DNA of 59,143 bases, filler included, from Basidiobolus ranarum (taxonomy: Eukaryota): assembly GCA_040143965.1 (NCBI GenBank). It is 8 parts of 8 records of this genome, joined end to end, with 100 filler letters (N's around TTAATTAATTAA, not from the genome) between each part and the next. Parts side by side here need not be neighbours in the genome. Positions count along the whole stretch, not along the records: positions 22,252 to 29,557 come from JASJQH010001143.1; positions 29,658 to 36,960 come from JASJQH010001144.1; positions 37,061 to 44,359 come from JASJQH010001145.1; 5 more parts are not named here. The stretch is one strand, 5' to 3'. The notes below the pieces were generated by a model, which searched no databases, had not been told where the DNA came from, and saw only the letters and a list, made by a program, of their open reading frames with translations. The position numbers and the translations under genes were made by a program. Below, piece after piece: positions 22,415 to 37,163 of this stretch (position 1 is the stretch's first letter; every line of letters begins with the position of its first letter).

Positions 22415-24312
22415 CGTAAGATTGGTTAACATACCATTACCATTGTCCCAACGTTTCTCCAATAGTTTAGGATGATTAGAAGAAATATGTGATTTGCACT
22501 TGTTGTTTTATTAAATTGAAAATAACAATGTATACTGATGTTAAAGAAAAAACGATAGAGATGTATTTCTAGGAAGTTTGGAAAGTTTTGGACGAGTTTG
22601 AAAATTTTTCATCTTCTTGAACATTTCTGACATTTTTATAAGATATCCCAAATATATGACGATTTTGACCTTTGAAATACAAACTAAATATATATCAACT
22701 ATGCTAAACAAGATGTGTGAAAAGTTAAGTGCTGAATACTAATATTTCAGCAACTTTCACATCAACTAAAGGTGAGTCTTCATCTTTGCTAAAGTATGAA
22801 AACTTACATTTGTTGAAATATTTCGGAAGCTTGTTACTGTTGAAATTAGCACGCAAGGAAGGTCACAGAAACATGTGTGCAAAGTTTGGGCTTCTAGGAT
22901 AAGTTATCAAAATCTATATATCTGAGAACTTCTGAGTAAATTGCTCTTGAGAATAATGGGTGATATGTTAGTGATATATGAAGAAACTAAGCTATATATG
23001 ACTATATAAATGTTTAGACTATGTTAATTTCAACAATATTGTTATGATATACTCACTGATTTTGTCATTTATACATGTATTGCTTGCCTAGTTTTTGTGG
23101 ACAATTTTTTGAGAGAAGCATGTAGAGTTTGATTTGACTGAAATGTATTCTAGAACCAACCTAATATAGTCAGATCCATTAGAAAATTAATAGAAATACT
23201 TGGGCTTAGAATACTTTAGTTGGGCACTGTAAAATTGTTGACGATCTTAGCGTTTGATTGTTATACCAATTGATAGTTACAGTGATTATAGCGTCATTAT
23301 GAAGTTCGTTATTCTCTACTACATATATATTGCCACATATATGTTAGCACTACTTAGATTGTTGATTATGTTCAATAGAAAGAATGTGTGAGCTCCCGAC
23401 CCTCATATCTCCGTTAAAATCTGGAAATCATGAAAGGGTACTTAGATACTCTTTTCGTCTACGCTTAAAATGACGCTCTTAAACTACAAGTAGTAACAAG
23501 CCTATGGTGCTAAGAGGCTTATGAGCAACACGGAAAATAAGCGGTGCCGCACGATACTTTTCAACGAGAACAAATTTTCAATATTTATACAAATCATCAA
23601 AATATGGGAATCCCGTTATTTGCAAATCGATTATTGGTGATAATTGATTGAAAATTAAGTACACTCCAATTTTTTTAACTCTTGATTGTACGTTCGGAAT
23701 GCTATTATAGTTTGATATTTTGGCTGAAAACTAGGGTTGTTCACCAAACTGCTTTATGAGCATCCAAGTCATTACGTAGGCTCTAGAAACCAACAAAATA
23801 GACTTATTCTATTATTCCATGTTAATATATTCAGTGTGGAAGTTTTGTGGAGAGTTTCGCGAAGTGATAGAATTTTCCAAGATTCACGGAGTTCCAAAAG
23901 AATGCCTTAAGGGAACTAGTGATTTTACACTTTAATCCAATATTCTTTATATATATTGCTGGAATGCTGGATAATTTTGGAATGCCAAATATCTCACTTC
24001 TTGTATGCCCTCCGAACGGCACAGGTAGTTACTTTTCCGATTTCCTTCCAATAGAACCTCTTATCTAGTAAGTTAGCTTTCTTAAAGGGGACACTGCACG
24101 TTCTCTCTTACTGAACCAGTATATTATGTCATATAGGTTGCCCTCTGAATTGGTATTAAAACTCCATCTGCATCGAAATGATCATATGAATTAATTTGTT
24201 TCGAATTCAATTATTGTATCGATCATAGCTAAATCGACATTAGTGCCTCATCCCCCAATGTACAAAATTTCTAGATTTGTCTAAAACTCGAACTCTCGCT
24301 TTTGTGCCAAGC

Positions 24313-24466
24313 ATACTTACCTGGCAGGGGGAGCTTACGATCATGTAGGTGAGCTCTTCGTCTTGGAAATTGAGCATTGCACAACGTCTCAGGGTCCTTG
24401 ACGCGAACATCTTTAGGGGTGTCTCGACTGTTAAATTTTTGTTTGTGGCTACCTACCCTTTCCCTC
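24313..24466 (+). ncRNA. U1: U1 spliceosomal snRNA (gene or variant)
   Basis: 5' ATACTTACCTGGCAGGGG; stem-loop I with GATCATGTAG loop; stem-loop II with U1A loop ATTGCAC; stem-loop III; CTCGACTG; Sm site AAATTTTTG at 24433-24441. The 3' end is approximate. Confidence 0.92.
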
Positions 24467-25525
24467 AATAATATAAATCAAATCGATCATTGATCATACC
24501 AAATTGAAGTTTGCAGCATTGATGGATTAAGCAACTTAATGTCAAGATGTTTGTTCTTGAATATTAAGTTTACGTAATATTGAGATACATGAAATAATTC
24601 AAGTCGACATTACTGTGTGCATCCATACTATTCTGATAATCGCGTATAGTTATTTACATCAATATTAATAAATACTGAATAATATGTGAAATTCTAGATG
24701 TGACACTACGTATCGAACGTTGTTTTCAAAACTACTAGTAAAATAGCAGTTTCTGTACTGATTAATTACATGTAACTAAGGGTAAACATAGGTTGATTTA
24801 CCGGATACTTGAGTAACTACTGAACAATACCTTATTGCTGTTTGGGACCAGGCGAGACTTAGTATGGGATTAAATATACGCGAACCTGAAAATAAGCAAT
24901 AGGTTAAGTTAGCATTTCCATATCTTATTATAATGTCTAATTATTGTTTATTCTTAGTCAAAATATACAAACTAAAAGTAATTTAAACTTGAATCTTTTC
25001 CCGAGATAGCCCAATAAAAGGATAGAGTAATATGATGGAAGAGCCAGTAGAGTAACCCTCAGTAGTTTAAATTTGGATCTAGTTCTGATCTAAATTCGGC
25101 TACCAAGCATTTTCAATTGGTCCAAGAAATGTGGCTAATGTCATATGAGAACTCTCCTCAAGATATACTGTATATGGCTAGGTTTACTATAATGGATACT
25201 CCGACATGGGTGATACAAGCAAATCTGTTCTACTAACCTGTTCTACCAACCCTACCACCATTTCTAGTAGAAAAAGCAAGTGGCTTCAATTCCAACTAAT
25301 GTTTATAATCGTGTGGTACACAACCAATAGAGGCAAGTCTAAGTCAACGTGGAATTCTACCCTTCACCCCAAATGAGAATAGGTTTGTGGAGAGGTACTC
25401 TAGTCCGTCAAATCATACTAAATCGAAATTCTCATTCTTTGTCTGTTTTTTGGAGTTCATTATAAATACTGCCTTCAAGAACGATGAAATTACAAATCAA
25501 TTTTCATATTTCAACTCTCATTCAA

Positions 25526-26881
25526 ATGGTCGATATATCGAGGATCACCAGCCGGGTCGGCATTCGGTTCAATAGCCCTATGGCCCAGGTTCTACTTGTC
25601 GGCTTTGTATGCTTCTGCTGTCCTGGTATGTTCAATGTCATCAACGGTATGGGCGGCGGTGGTTTAAAGAATGCTGATGTCGCCAAGAATGGTAACGTTG
25701 CCCTTTACACAACCTTTGCGATCTTTGGTGTCTTTGGTGGTGGTTTTTATAACACTTTGGGTGCTGGTATCTGTCTTCTTCTTGGTGGCTGCAGTTATGC
25801 TCTTTACACCGGTTCATTACTTTATTATAACCATCACGATAACCAGCTTGGCGCTGAGATTTTCGTTATTACCGCTTCTGCTATTCTTGGTATTGGAGCC
25901 GGTATTCTCTGGACCGCACAAGGTGTGATTATGATGTCATACCCACCTGAAGAACAGAAGGGTAGATGTGTCGGTTACTTTTGGATCATTTTCAACTTGG
26001 GTGGTGTTATGGGAGCTTTCATTCCATTTGGTCTTAACTTCTACTCCACAAAAACCGGAGTAAGCAGCTCTACTTTCGTCGCATTCTTGGTCATTATGAT
26101 TCTCGGTGGATTCATGGGACTTTTAATTCTCCCTCCCGAAAAAGTGATCCGTAATGATGGTTCTCGTGTTGAAGTCGAAAAATTCAACAATGTATGGACT
26201 GAAATCAAGGAGATTTTGAAGCTTTTCCTTGATAAAAACATGCTTCTTTTGACTCCAATTTCTCTTGCTTCCAACTGGTTCTACTCCTACCAATTTGGTG
26301 ATATCAACGGTGTATTATTCAACGTTCGTACTCGTTCCTTCAACAATGCCTGGTATTGGGCATTCCAAATGCTTGGTGCTTTCATGCTAGGTTCATTCCT
26401 TGATTCTAAGAAATTAGGACGTCGTACCAGGGCTCTTTACGGTTTATACGGTGTCTTCGTTATGATCATGGTTGTTTGGGGTGGTGGTTTGGCACTTCAA
26501 CTCCAGTATACCCGTGAATCTGTCAAACACTCACCTCCTGACATCGATTTCATCAAAAACCCTGGAGCTTTCTGGCCAAAATGGGTCCTATACTCTCTTT
26601 ACGGTTTACTTGATGCTGCCACTCAAACATATGCCTATTGGTTGATCGGTACTTTGACCAATGATTCCACTATTCTTGCTCGTTATTCTGGATACTACAA
26701 GGGAATTCAATCCGCTGGTGGTGCCATCGCATGGAGAATCGATGCTGTTGGAACCTCCTACTTGGTTGAATTCATTATTTGTTGGGCTCTCTTGGCTGCT
26801 TGCTTCCCATTCACTTGGTTTGTTGCTCGCAATGTAACCGAGACCTCGAATCTTGATGTTGAGAAGCAAGAGGACATGTAG
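25526..26881 (+). CDS. UNC-93-like MFS transporter
   Basis: QVLLVGFVCFCCPGMFN, LWTAQGVIMMSYP.E..KGR, GYYKGIQSAG; about 12 hydrophobic segments. TATAAATA at 25461. The upstream ATG at 25484 is an alternative start. Confidence 0.9.
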   Translation: MVDISRITSRVGIRFNSPMAQVLLVGFVCFCCPGMFNVINGMGGGGLKNADVAKNGNVALYTTFAIFGVFGGGFYNTLGAGICLLLGGCSYALYTGSLLYYNHHDNQLGAEIFVITASAILGIGAGILWTAQGVIMMSYPPEEQKGRCVGYFWIIFNLGGVMGAFIPFGLNFYSTKTGVSSSTFVAFLVIMILGGFMGLLILPPEKVIRNDGSRVEVEKFNNVWTEIKEILKLFLDKNMLLLTPISLASNWFYSYQFGDINGVLFNVRTRSFNNAWYWAFQMLGAFMLGSFLDSKKLGRRTRALYGLYGVFVMIMVVWGGGLALQLQYTRESVKHSPPDIDFIKNPGAFWPKWVLYSLYGLLDAATQTYAYWLIGTLTNDSTILARYSGYYKGIQSAGGAIAWRIDAVGTSYLVEFIICWALLAACFPFTWFVARNVTETSNLDVEKQEDM

Positions 26882-27431
26882 CCCTCCTATGATAGACATA
26901 GACTGTACTATTTTCACCAATTTTAATTGGTTCATTGACCATTTTAAATGATAAATATTCGTAAATCATAACAATAAATATCTACTTGTGTAAACCAATC
27001 GCTATCCTAATACGGTGCCTACACCTGCAGTGCTCCCAATGTAGTGGCAATTTCACTCAATTCGATTTATTAGCATCTGATCATGTTTAGCCAATAAAAA
27101 GAGTCTCAAGTTACCTAACCCTAAATTTGGCTCAGTAAGGTTTGTATTGTGCTGTTTCTATCGTTCATCCAAAACAAGTTTATCCTGGTAATTCCTAAGC
27201 AATTCCATGATGAATAGTCTCGAACGTACTACACTGGGTTGATAGTTACAAATGGAGGGATTAAGATCACATATGAGGCTTTGGATCTGTTCCGGGTACA
27301 TCTCAATAAGGCTTTGAAGATGAGTACAGTGTTTTAATCTAAAATGAGATGAATTAAAGAAAAGTATATACAAATGCTCGGTATATGAGAATATCCGTGC
27401 TTGTCTAGCTTCTCATCCTTGGAGCCACCCA

Positions 27432-27602
27432 TTCTAAATAGCTCAATATACTCTTCTAAATAGCGCAACATATCCCGCTAAATGGTTCAGGATATGGTGT
27501 AAAATGTTGCATTAGCCATATTGAAGAGATTGAGTTTTGCTTTAATGAATTTAGGTTCCAGCTTTACCCATCCAGTTTTCCCGTCCAGCTTTACCCGTCC
27601 AG
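27432..27602. repeat. Two short imperfect tandem arrays (22-bp x about 3; 13-14-bp x3)
   Basis: TTCTAAATAGC.CAA.. units at 27432-27495 and TCCAGCTTTACCC units at 27557-27602. Confidence 0.7.
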
Positions 27603-28031
27603 ATTATGAACTTCTGGAAACATCAATAGGATCCTGACAAATCATCCAATCTTAGTCGAAGTTCTCATATTGCAAGAATGCATACAGCACTGGGGTGCTT
27701 CTCACCACTATTTCTAAGCTTCAACTATTTGCCCATAAACCACAGCTGGGTAACTAGGCTAAGATTTACTGCATTTTAATCGACGTTGGCTTAAATTTTT
27801 CCATTCTCCCGGAGGTTGCTCCAACTGAAACAAATCATCCTGCGGATACGGTGTTTTAATCTATGAAATCACTAGAATAATTAGTTATGTTTCATTTTCA
27901 TGCTTACTAATGCAATTTGATCATCAATTGACAGTCCTTAGTTCTAATACTTGATATTCACTTCGCGTGCTGGCTGCTATATATATATTAAAACTCCACA
28001 TTCCACACATTTCTTTATTGGAAATACCACC

Positions 28032-28988
28032 ATGAATTCAAAATTTAACGATCAAACTACTGCTGAAGAGGCTGCTTCTTGTTTCGCTGGCGAGGTCAAA
28101 GGGAAGACTGTACTAGTAACTGGGTGTACTTGGGGAGGCCTTGGGGCTGAATCTGCTCGCGTAATAGCCAAGTATGGTGCTGGTCTTGTCATTGTCAGTG
28201 GTAGACGAAAAGAATCACTCAATGAGACCATCAAGAAGATCAAGGAAGAAACACCAGGGGCCAAACTGTTTCCACTGATTATTGATTTAGCATCACTTGC
28301 GTCAATTCGACTTGCCGCCAAAGAAGTTAACCAATTATCCGTACCCATCGATATCCTCATCAATAATGCTGCTATTATGGCTCCTGTCTATGAGACTACA
28401 CTTGATGGATTCGAGTCACACTTTGGCACCAATCACCTAGGTCCATTTCTATTCACCAGTCTGATAATGCCGCGCATCCTTGAATCCAAGTCCCCGCGCA
28501 TCGTCAATGTCTCCAGTATGGGATACCGGTTTAGTCCTATTCGCTTTAACGACTATAATTTCACAAATAGAGAAGAGTATTCAATGTGGCGGGCATACGG
28601 TCAATCTAAAACCGCTAACATATTGTTTTCACTTGAGCTAAGCAATCGATACAAGAAGCGAGGAGTTAGTGCGTTTAGTCTCCATCCTGGAGTCATCAAG
28701 ACCAACCTTGGTAATCAAGTTGACCTAGAGGTCGAGACTAGAAATATGGTCGACACCGAGGGCAAGCCCTTGGTACTAGAAGACATAAAATGGAAGACAA
28801 TTGAACAAGGTGCGTCGACTCATATTGTTGCTGCCTTGGATCCATCCATCAAGGACCAAAGTGGCTCATTCTTGCACGATGCCCAAATCAATAACACTGT
28901 TGTCATGAAATATGCACTAGACGAAGCCAATGCCCGCGAGCTCTGGTCTCTTAGTGAACAACTTGTTGGGCAAAAATTCAACATCTGA
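28032..28988 (+). CDS. Short-chain dehydrogenase/reductase (retinol dehydrogenase/WWOX-like)
   Basis: VLVTGCTWGGLG, ILINNAA, FGTNHLGPFLFT, NVSS, catalytic YGQSK and LHPG. TATA run near 27978. Confidence 0.93.
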   Translation: MNSKFNDQTTAEEAASCFAGEVKGKTVLVTGCTWGGLGAESARVIAKYGAGLVIVSGRRKESLNETIKKIKEETPGAKLFPLIIDLASLASIRLAAKEVNQLSVPIDILINNAAIMAPVYETTLDGFESHFGTNHLGPFLFTSLIMPRILESKSPRIVNVSSMGYRFSPIRFNDYNFTNREEYSMWRAYGQSKTANILFSLELSNRYKKRGVSAFSLHPGVIKTNLGNQVDLEVETRNMVDTEGKPLVLEDIKWKTIEQGASTHIVAALDPSIKDQSGSFLHDAQINNTVVMKYALDEANARELWSLSEQLVGQKFNI

Positions 28989-29119
28989 TTCCATTGGTCA
29001 TTATGATATCCATATTGTATAAGGCTGTATTTCTTCTGTAATGGGAACCACTCTAGCCAGAGTGCTGAATATCATTCCATATTTCAGCAATAAATTAGGC
29101 AAGTATGATGCTTACTTAG

Positions 29120-29209
29120 CTTTTAGTAGAGTCTCTATTCAAGTTACCAATAACTTCATGATGACTTTTAGTAGAGTCTCTATCCAAGTTACCAATAAAT
29201 TCATGATGA
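29120..29209. repeat. 45-bp tandem duplication (2 mismatches)
   Basis: CTTTTAGTAGAGTCTCTATYCAAGTTACCAATAAMTTCATGATGA at 29120-29164 and 29165-29209. Confidence 0.93.
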
Positions 29210-29557
29210 AGCTAACCATAAGCCATGTTGCCTGAGTTAATCCAGCGAATTCAGTGTTTATCATCATATATTGGGAGAATCTGTTACAATAAAACCACTG
29301 ACCTAACCCTAACCCTAAATCACCGATCTTGGATATTAGTTCTGGAATTTATCTCGGATACCTATTCCGAAGTCTGAAAAGGATGACTGTTCCACGATTT
29401 ACAGAGGATAACTGTTCCATGTAGTAGACATCGGCTGGGGATAAACATGCTCAAAGCAAATGAAGAGTGGAACTCTGAGCTGTAGTAATACCCGATCTAA
29501 GCATGTTTAAATAAATTGCTTAATCTGACATTAGTACCTTGTATTGTTGCATCCAAG

Positions 29558-29657
29558 NNNNNNNNNNNNNNNNNNNNNNNNNNNNNNNNNNNNNNNNNNN
29601 NTTAATTAATTAANNNNNNNNNNNNNNNNNNNNNNNNNNNNNNNNNNNNNNNNNNNN
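29558..29657. other. Artificial contig linker
   Basis: N44-TTAATTAATTAA-N44. Confidence 0.98.
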
Positions 29658-30015
29658 AGTGCCTCCCGATTCTCGTGTGAGGCTTCGATACAGATGGAGC
29701 GTAACGATTAGGGTTCACACAAGCACCTCCCTGGCAAGAAACGGAAGGAATCCATCGATCGGCACTTCCAGTATCCAGTATAACCGTGAATTTCTGAGGT
29801 GGTGTACCAATAGAGACCTCACCGTAGTATGAAAGATCATTCTCGTTTTGTAACGGAAGGTTTTTGGAGCTAGTGATACTTAAGTCTCCTCGAGTACTAT
29901 TGCCTAAAATACGGGCTACAGTCTCAGCATCTGATTCAAATCGTCTCAAAGGGATTCGAAAGATCCCACTTTCCACATAAGCAATGAGACCTAAAAGATA
30001 AATGGAGAGTTTCAT
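29658..30015 (-). CDS. Secreted pepsin-like aspartic protease (A1), 3'-truncated
   Basis: Signal peptide [16 protein letters not shown], propeptide RIPLRR, then [22 protein letters not shown]. Confidence 0.9.
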
Positions 30016-31508
30016 GCCCTGCAGAAGAAGAAACATCAAATTTTTTATGATCTCTTAGCGCTCAAACATTGAACCATTTATACTAAACGTTCTTTTATTG
30101 TTCAGAACCGTCAGCACGCTACTAACTTCAAGCATTACTGGTCTTCCCTTATCTAGTGCTGATCCGCGTTACATTGCTCATGTTCCCGATTTGCCTAAAA
30201 TATCAAAATCGTTCACGGGTGCAAAACCAACACCTTTTTTTAAGTATATACTTTCCACTGATTGTGTAATATTCCCAAAGAACCGTGTTGCTACCCGAGT
30301 TACCAGGCGGACGGATATGTAGTTTGCATTTGAAATCCCAAAGATTGGAGTGCCATTAGCCCCTTGATTTCAATAATTGACTAAGAGAGTACGAAGAAGA
30401 GGAATAAATCTCAGGTAATGTTGTTAAAGACGTAGTGACATTCAGCGTAACATGCGCGAAGTTAAATGAGGAGATACGTTTCAGGATCAGCTAGGATATT
30501 TACCTTTATTAGCAAAACAAAGACTCGTATTTTCACTGTCACTATCACAAACAACTTGAAATACATGACCCAACACTGCTGCATGGTTAGATCACAATGT
30601 ATCTAAAGTTCGTCATTTGCTGCTGTACGTTGAAAAGAAGATGATGTGATATAGCACTTTCGAGCCATAAACTATTCGTTTCTTCGTATCTAAACCCACT
30701 AAGGCGATTCCCACAATATTATTTACCGCTTCAGCGTCAACATGTGATTCAATTAAGGAGCAGCATCGTGCACATACAGAAAATCATTGTCTATATTTCT
30801 GCATGCCTGAGAAATATTTAATGAGAAATGATTTAGTATTATTAACAATGTTATGACCTCATCCAGGACCCAAGCTCAACCCAGTCTTTTCAGGTATTCT
30901 ATATATTGGAGTCTAACGATGTTGGCGACTATTTATTTATACTTGTTGGTATTTAATTTCTAAAATTCCAATTAGCCATATTTACATAGAAGATCATCGT
31001 GAAAGCTTGTATGCGCTATTTGGTCATCGAATTTAAAGTAATCCCCGTTGAAAGTATGGCTGAAGCTAAATGATTTGATGAATACCGAGCTGTTATTGAC
31101 AATAGGAATATGACGTGCATACCTCATGTACTTTGGATGTAACATTCTACTTGATGGCTTAACATTCGAGTATCTTAACAATACGCTAGCAATATGGGAC
31201 CCCTCTAACATAGAAAAACGAGCTTCCACTAAAATAACCTTCATGGTTCTACCGTGTCCAATATCACTGGATAAGTGATCATTGCTTTCGGGGTATAAAC
31301 GAATACAACTAGCTTTATAAAGCATAGGATTCATTGATTGATGCCTATTACATAGGGGGTTTATACTAATATAGTTGAACAATTGACACTAATGATCTAT
31401 ATATAATTAAGGTCATTCGTCACATAGGGCGCATTAGTATGAGGGAGAACCGCCAATTTACTTAAGAATTCAACCAAATTATGAAAAGCTAATTCAAACT
31501 TCATACTT

Positions 31509-32510
31509 TTAAAAGGGTTTATGTTTCGACCTCAATTTCATACTTTTTTGGTTGATACATGAGATATCAGGAGGATTTGATAGATAAGTTAATAGAGTAG
31601 GTACGGATGCTTGACCTAGTACAAAGAAACACGGTCCAATGTAAGGAATGTACATCAGTGAATAAAATGTAACCACAAAGGACAGGGTGATAGTTTGTCT
31701 AGGTGAAAACCATAGATATCTTTCGGAATTTGTCACTACTACTCGACAGAAATATGGTTCCAAAAGTTCCCATGCTAAAGCTCTGCACCCGTAAAAGTAA
31801 CTCAATACGTAAACACTGTATGGTTTGAGTACCGGAAATAAGAATGAAGCTAAAGCAAGAGTATAAGCAGTTGGCTTTCCTAAAGCCCGTGAAGTCAGCC
31901 ACGCGGAGGCCAACGGTGTTGCCCAGACTCCAACAACTGGTATCAAAGACAATATGTAAACAGTGAGTAGCATCCTTAGTCGACGAATGGTTCGGGCAAA
32001 ATAGCGCTTCATTTCTTTCCAATACGTAAACCGATATGGAACTTCGGAAAGTCGGGTAAAGTATGTGCTAGATGAAGCCCTCAGAGAGGTCATAAATACT
32101 CGATCGAACGGCTGGGGATATAAATAGCGTGCAAAGAGTAATCCGATAAAGGGGGTAGTAGCTATTGCATTTGTAATATTGACTATTAGTGTATCAAGTA
32201 CTAAATCAACATTAGAATAGTCATGATGGAGCACATAACTAAGCAAAATATTCCCCCACTTGATGAGCTTCAGAGGGAATAATATTAAGTTGTGAGTAAG
32301 AAAATAAACGACAATTAGGAAAGTAGAAAGGATCAAGAATGACCATAAAAGCCAAATTCGAAGTTGTGGATTTCGAAAAGACGAGATGGCTCCCTCACAA
32401 GCTAACTCGAACCCCTTGGAGATTTCATATAGTGTCTTTGTATTAGCCAAAGTTTGGGAGTATAAAATTGACGACCGCGGTGGGGAAACGTTTGGACTAG
32501 CTACGCCCAT
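31509..32510 (-). CDS. Multi-pass membrane protein (EI24/Rrt8/UsgS-like)
   Basis: 333-aa ORF with several hydrophobic segments; LSLIPVVG, ELLEPYF.R and IPYIGP motifs. Confidence 0.6.
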   Translation of the reverse strand: MGVASPNVSPPRSSILYSQTLANTKTLYEISKGFELACEGAISSFRNPQLRIWLLWSFLILSTFLIVVYFLTHNLILFPLKLIKWGNILLSYVLHHDYSNVDLVLDTLIVNITNAIATTPFIGLLFARYLYPQPFDRVFMTSLRASSSTYFTRLSEVPYRFTYWKEMKRYFARTIRRLRMLLTVYILSLIPVVGVWATPLASAWLTSRALGKPTAYTLALASFLFPVLKPYSVYVLSYFYGCRALAWELLEPYFCRVVVTNSERYLWFSPRQTITLSFVVTFYSLMYIPYIGPCFFVLGQASVPTLLTYLSNPPDISCINQKSMKLRSKHKPF

Positions 32511-32868
32511 CTAGATTCCTCTGTAATAGCATACATCCTAACTATTCAAGACTTATATCTGCTTCAAAGATGGATTCCCTACGTCATGTTTAAGCAATGG
32601 TTTGGATTGAGATGATGCACTCATATCTTGGCTTGATAGCTATATATTAATGTCATCATTTAGCCGCAGCATGAAATCCAGTTAACACCCGATAATCTAA
32701 ATATTTTGCATGCCAACCTTTATTGTCTCTATGAACTAAGATGAAAAAGTACACAAAAGTACAGCTTATATTTATAACGATGGATGGAGCGTGATGTAGT
32801 CGGGATTGAAGCGTTAATACATTTTTAAACTTGGTAAGATGTGGAGATGAATTAAAATGATATATAAG

Positions 32869-35014
<2,146 letters not shown>

Positions 35015-36851
35015 TTTGGCTTAGAAGGATGATACTAAGAACAACTGATTTTTAGCATAGACTGACCGACGGATATTTATAAGTTTTACCGATCATGAGA
35101 TTAACATTTTTGGGTATACGTAAGATACAAGCTTAGATTTGTAACACTCCATTTTCTCTGAAACCCAAATCTAATTTGAATCTGTTGATAGAACAAACAC
35201 TTTCTGATCATTGATTAGCATAATGATTGACATTGCCAATTGCAATCGCACTCGAGTCTTGCCCAGGTATATTGCTAGAATAAACAAATAGGTTTGGCAT
35301 TAGCTTTGAATAGCACGCCCACCGTTCTCTTTGTAGGCTTCTATCGATAGTACCACTCCAAACCTTCCACGGCCCAATTAATCTTGCCATTTGATATTAA
35401 TACGATAAGTACATGCCAATGCCCTAAGTGGGCTCAACCGGAACATTAATAGGCAGTCACGGTGAGACCTAGTATATTACATTTATTCTACTGCCAACCC
35501 TAAGGCACGAATACCCATTCATCTAGCAACTGCCCATCTCATCAATATTCATCACATACGTTGAATTGGATGTAGCAAATCTAGATGCCTTTATTGGCTG
35601 GGTCTTATCGTTCAAGATACTAACGTACGCTTTGCAATATGCATCTGAAACAATGGATTCACAAATACGGGCCAGTCTATAAATAAACGCCCGTCTATTA
35701 GAGCCCATATTTGGAAGAAGGTTAGCAATTGACGTAGAGTTTACCCATTTTAGACAAATGTCTTAACTGTCTCTGTGCTATAGCACCTCACACCCCATTG
35801 GCATTGTCTGACCTGTTCCATTAGACTAGAGGGATCGGAACACTGGAAATGCAATTTAGGTTCACCACGGCCTGCGTTACTGGATTGGCTCATGGATATT
35901 GCGACTTTAAATATTTAGATCTAATCTGCCATATGAAGATGGTCTTTCAAGTTGGCATACTGGTATTGGATGGTCGCTGAAATTCTACAGCATATCGCAC
36001 ATACACTTCACTGACCACCAACTTAGATAATCAACCACGGTGTTGATCTGAAGATATGAAATATTTGCCTGAAATTAGCACACTACCTGATTCTAATCCT
36101 GACGCGCCAACATTAGCTTCTGCATACATGTTTATCTCGTTGAATCTAGCCCTGTGAATTCATTACTTTGCATGTATCGGATCCTGATGTTGTACTGAAC
36201 TTCCGTTCTCCCTACCAACCCCCATCCCTGCCAATCTCATCATCTTCACTGCATGGCCATTAGACCTGCAGTATTGCTAGCAGTCACTATCGGATGCCTT
36301 ACTTGATGGCGTACAAACCGAGGAGCCCTTGGGGAAACGTCAAGTGAGCCCATCCCTTGACCCTGGGCAGATTTAGATCTCGTTGCCAGTATTTTAGAGT
36401 TATTCTAGAGAGCTAATATGGCCAGCATGATATTAGACCCAATCCCACTTTATTGGTATATGCGAACGCTCAAATCAGATTGCTCCATATAGTTCAACGA
36501 CATTTAACAATAACCATGGTGTAACCAATCGAAATGATTCAATTTCCATGATATATTCTTTATGGCAAAACTCACACGCTCTGGCCGAGTTAACTGAGGG
36601 TTTGTTGACGGTACCTTCGTAATACCTGCTTCATCATCGCACTAATGATAATAGGTTACTTAATAAATCCCTTCCCAAGATATGATACAAGGCGACATTT
36701 GAAATGTAGTGGACTAATGCTAAATATACTCCTGTGGTTTGAGTTGCGGCCATATGTATGTTTGGTAGTTGTTTGCAGCCCCATGGAGGGTTACCCAATA
36801 GGATGCCGTAGGTAACCTGCTCTTCATACCAAATGAATTTAGAATTTAGCC

Positions 36852-36960
36852 ACTGATCAAGATATCATAGTTACAGTCCTGAATAGCCTGCCACACAAGT
36901 TTCAGAGCCTAGTAATGGCTCTAGAATCAAGAACTGAAAATTTGTCCTTAAATTATGTAT
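36852..36960 (+). mobile_element. Ty1/copia Gag (UBN2-like) fragment
   Basis: Translates TDQDIIVTVLNSLPHKFQSLVMALESRTENLSLNYV, the typical copia gag L.SLP..Y..LV.ALE motif. CpG-free and at the contig end. Confidence 0.75.
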
Positions 36961-37060
36961 NNNNNNNNNNNNNNNNNNNNNNNNNNNNNNNNNNNNNNNN
37001 NNNNTTAATTAATTAANNNNNNNNNNNNNNNNNNNNNNNNNNNNNNNNNNNNNNNNNNNN
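36961..37060. other. Artificial contig linker
   Basis: N44-TTAATTAATTAA-N44. Confidence 0.98.
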
Positions 37061-37070
37061 AGATCAGCTA

Positions 37071-37163
37071 TGCAGGTTGCTTTTCTATTTCCAAATTGAG
37101 TTCTTCAACTACTGTGGGTGAGACAATAGAGTTGGTAGATCCAGTATCCAAGGTTACACTATC
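37071..37163 (-). mobile_element. Retropepsin relic of a Ty3/gypsy-like element
   Basis: Translates DSVTLDTGSTNSIVSPTVVEELNLEIEKQPA*, matching the LDTG(S/A)...IS...L.L protease pattern. CpG-poor flank to about 37600. Confidence 0.6.

Noticed and set aside
22311-29209. Tandem repeats as a possible CRISPR-like array
   Set aside because: Only 2-3 adjacent units with no unique spacers and no cas genes; eukaryotic context.
30972-31382. 136-aa minus-strand ORF
   Set aside because: Non-ATG start, no recognisable motif, lies in the 3' flank of the membrane-protein gene.
35015-36800. glmS-type ribozyme or other element in the long GFA1 upstream region
   Set aside because: No glmS ribozyme core recognisable on the minus strand; short ORFs lack coding features.
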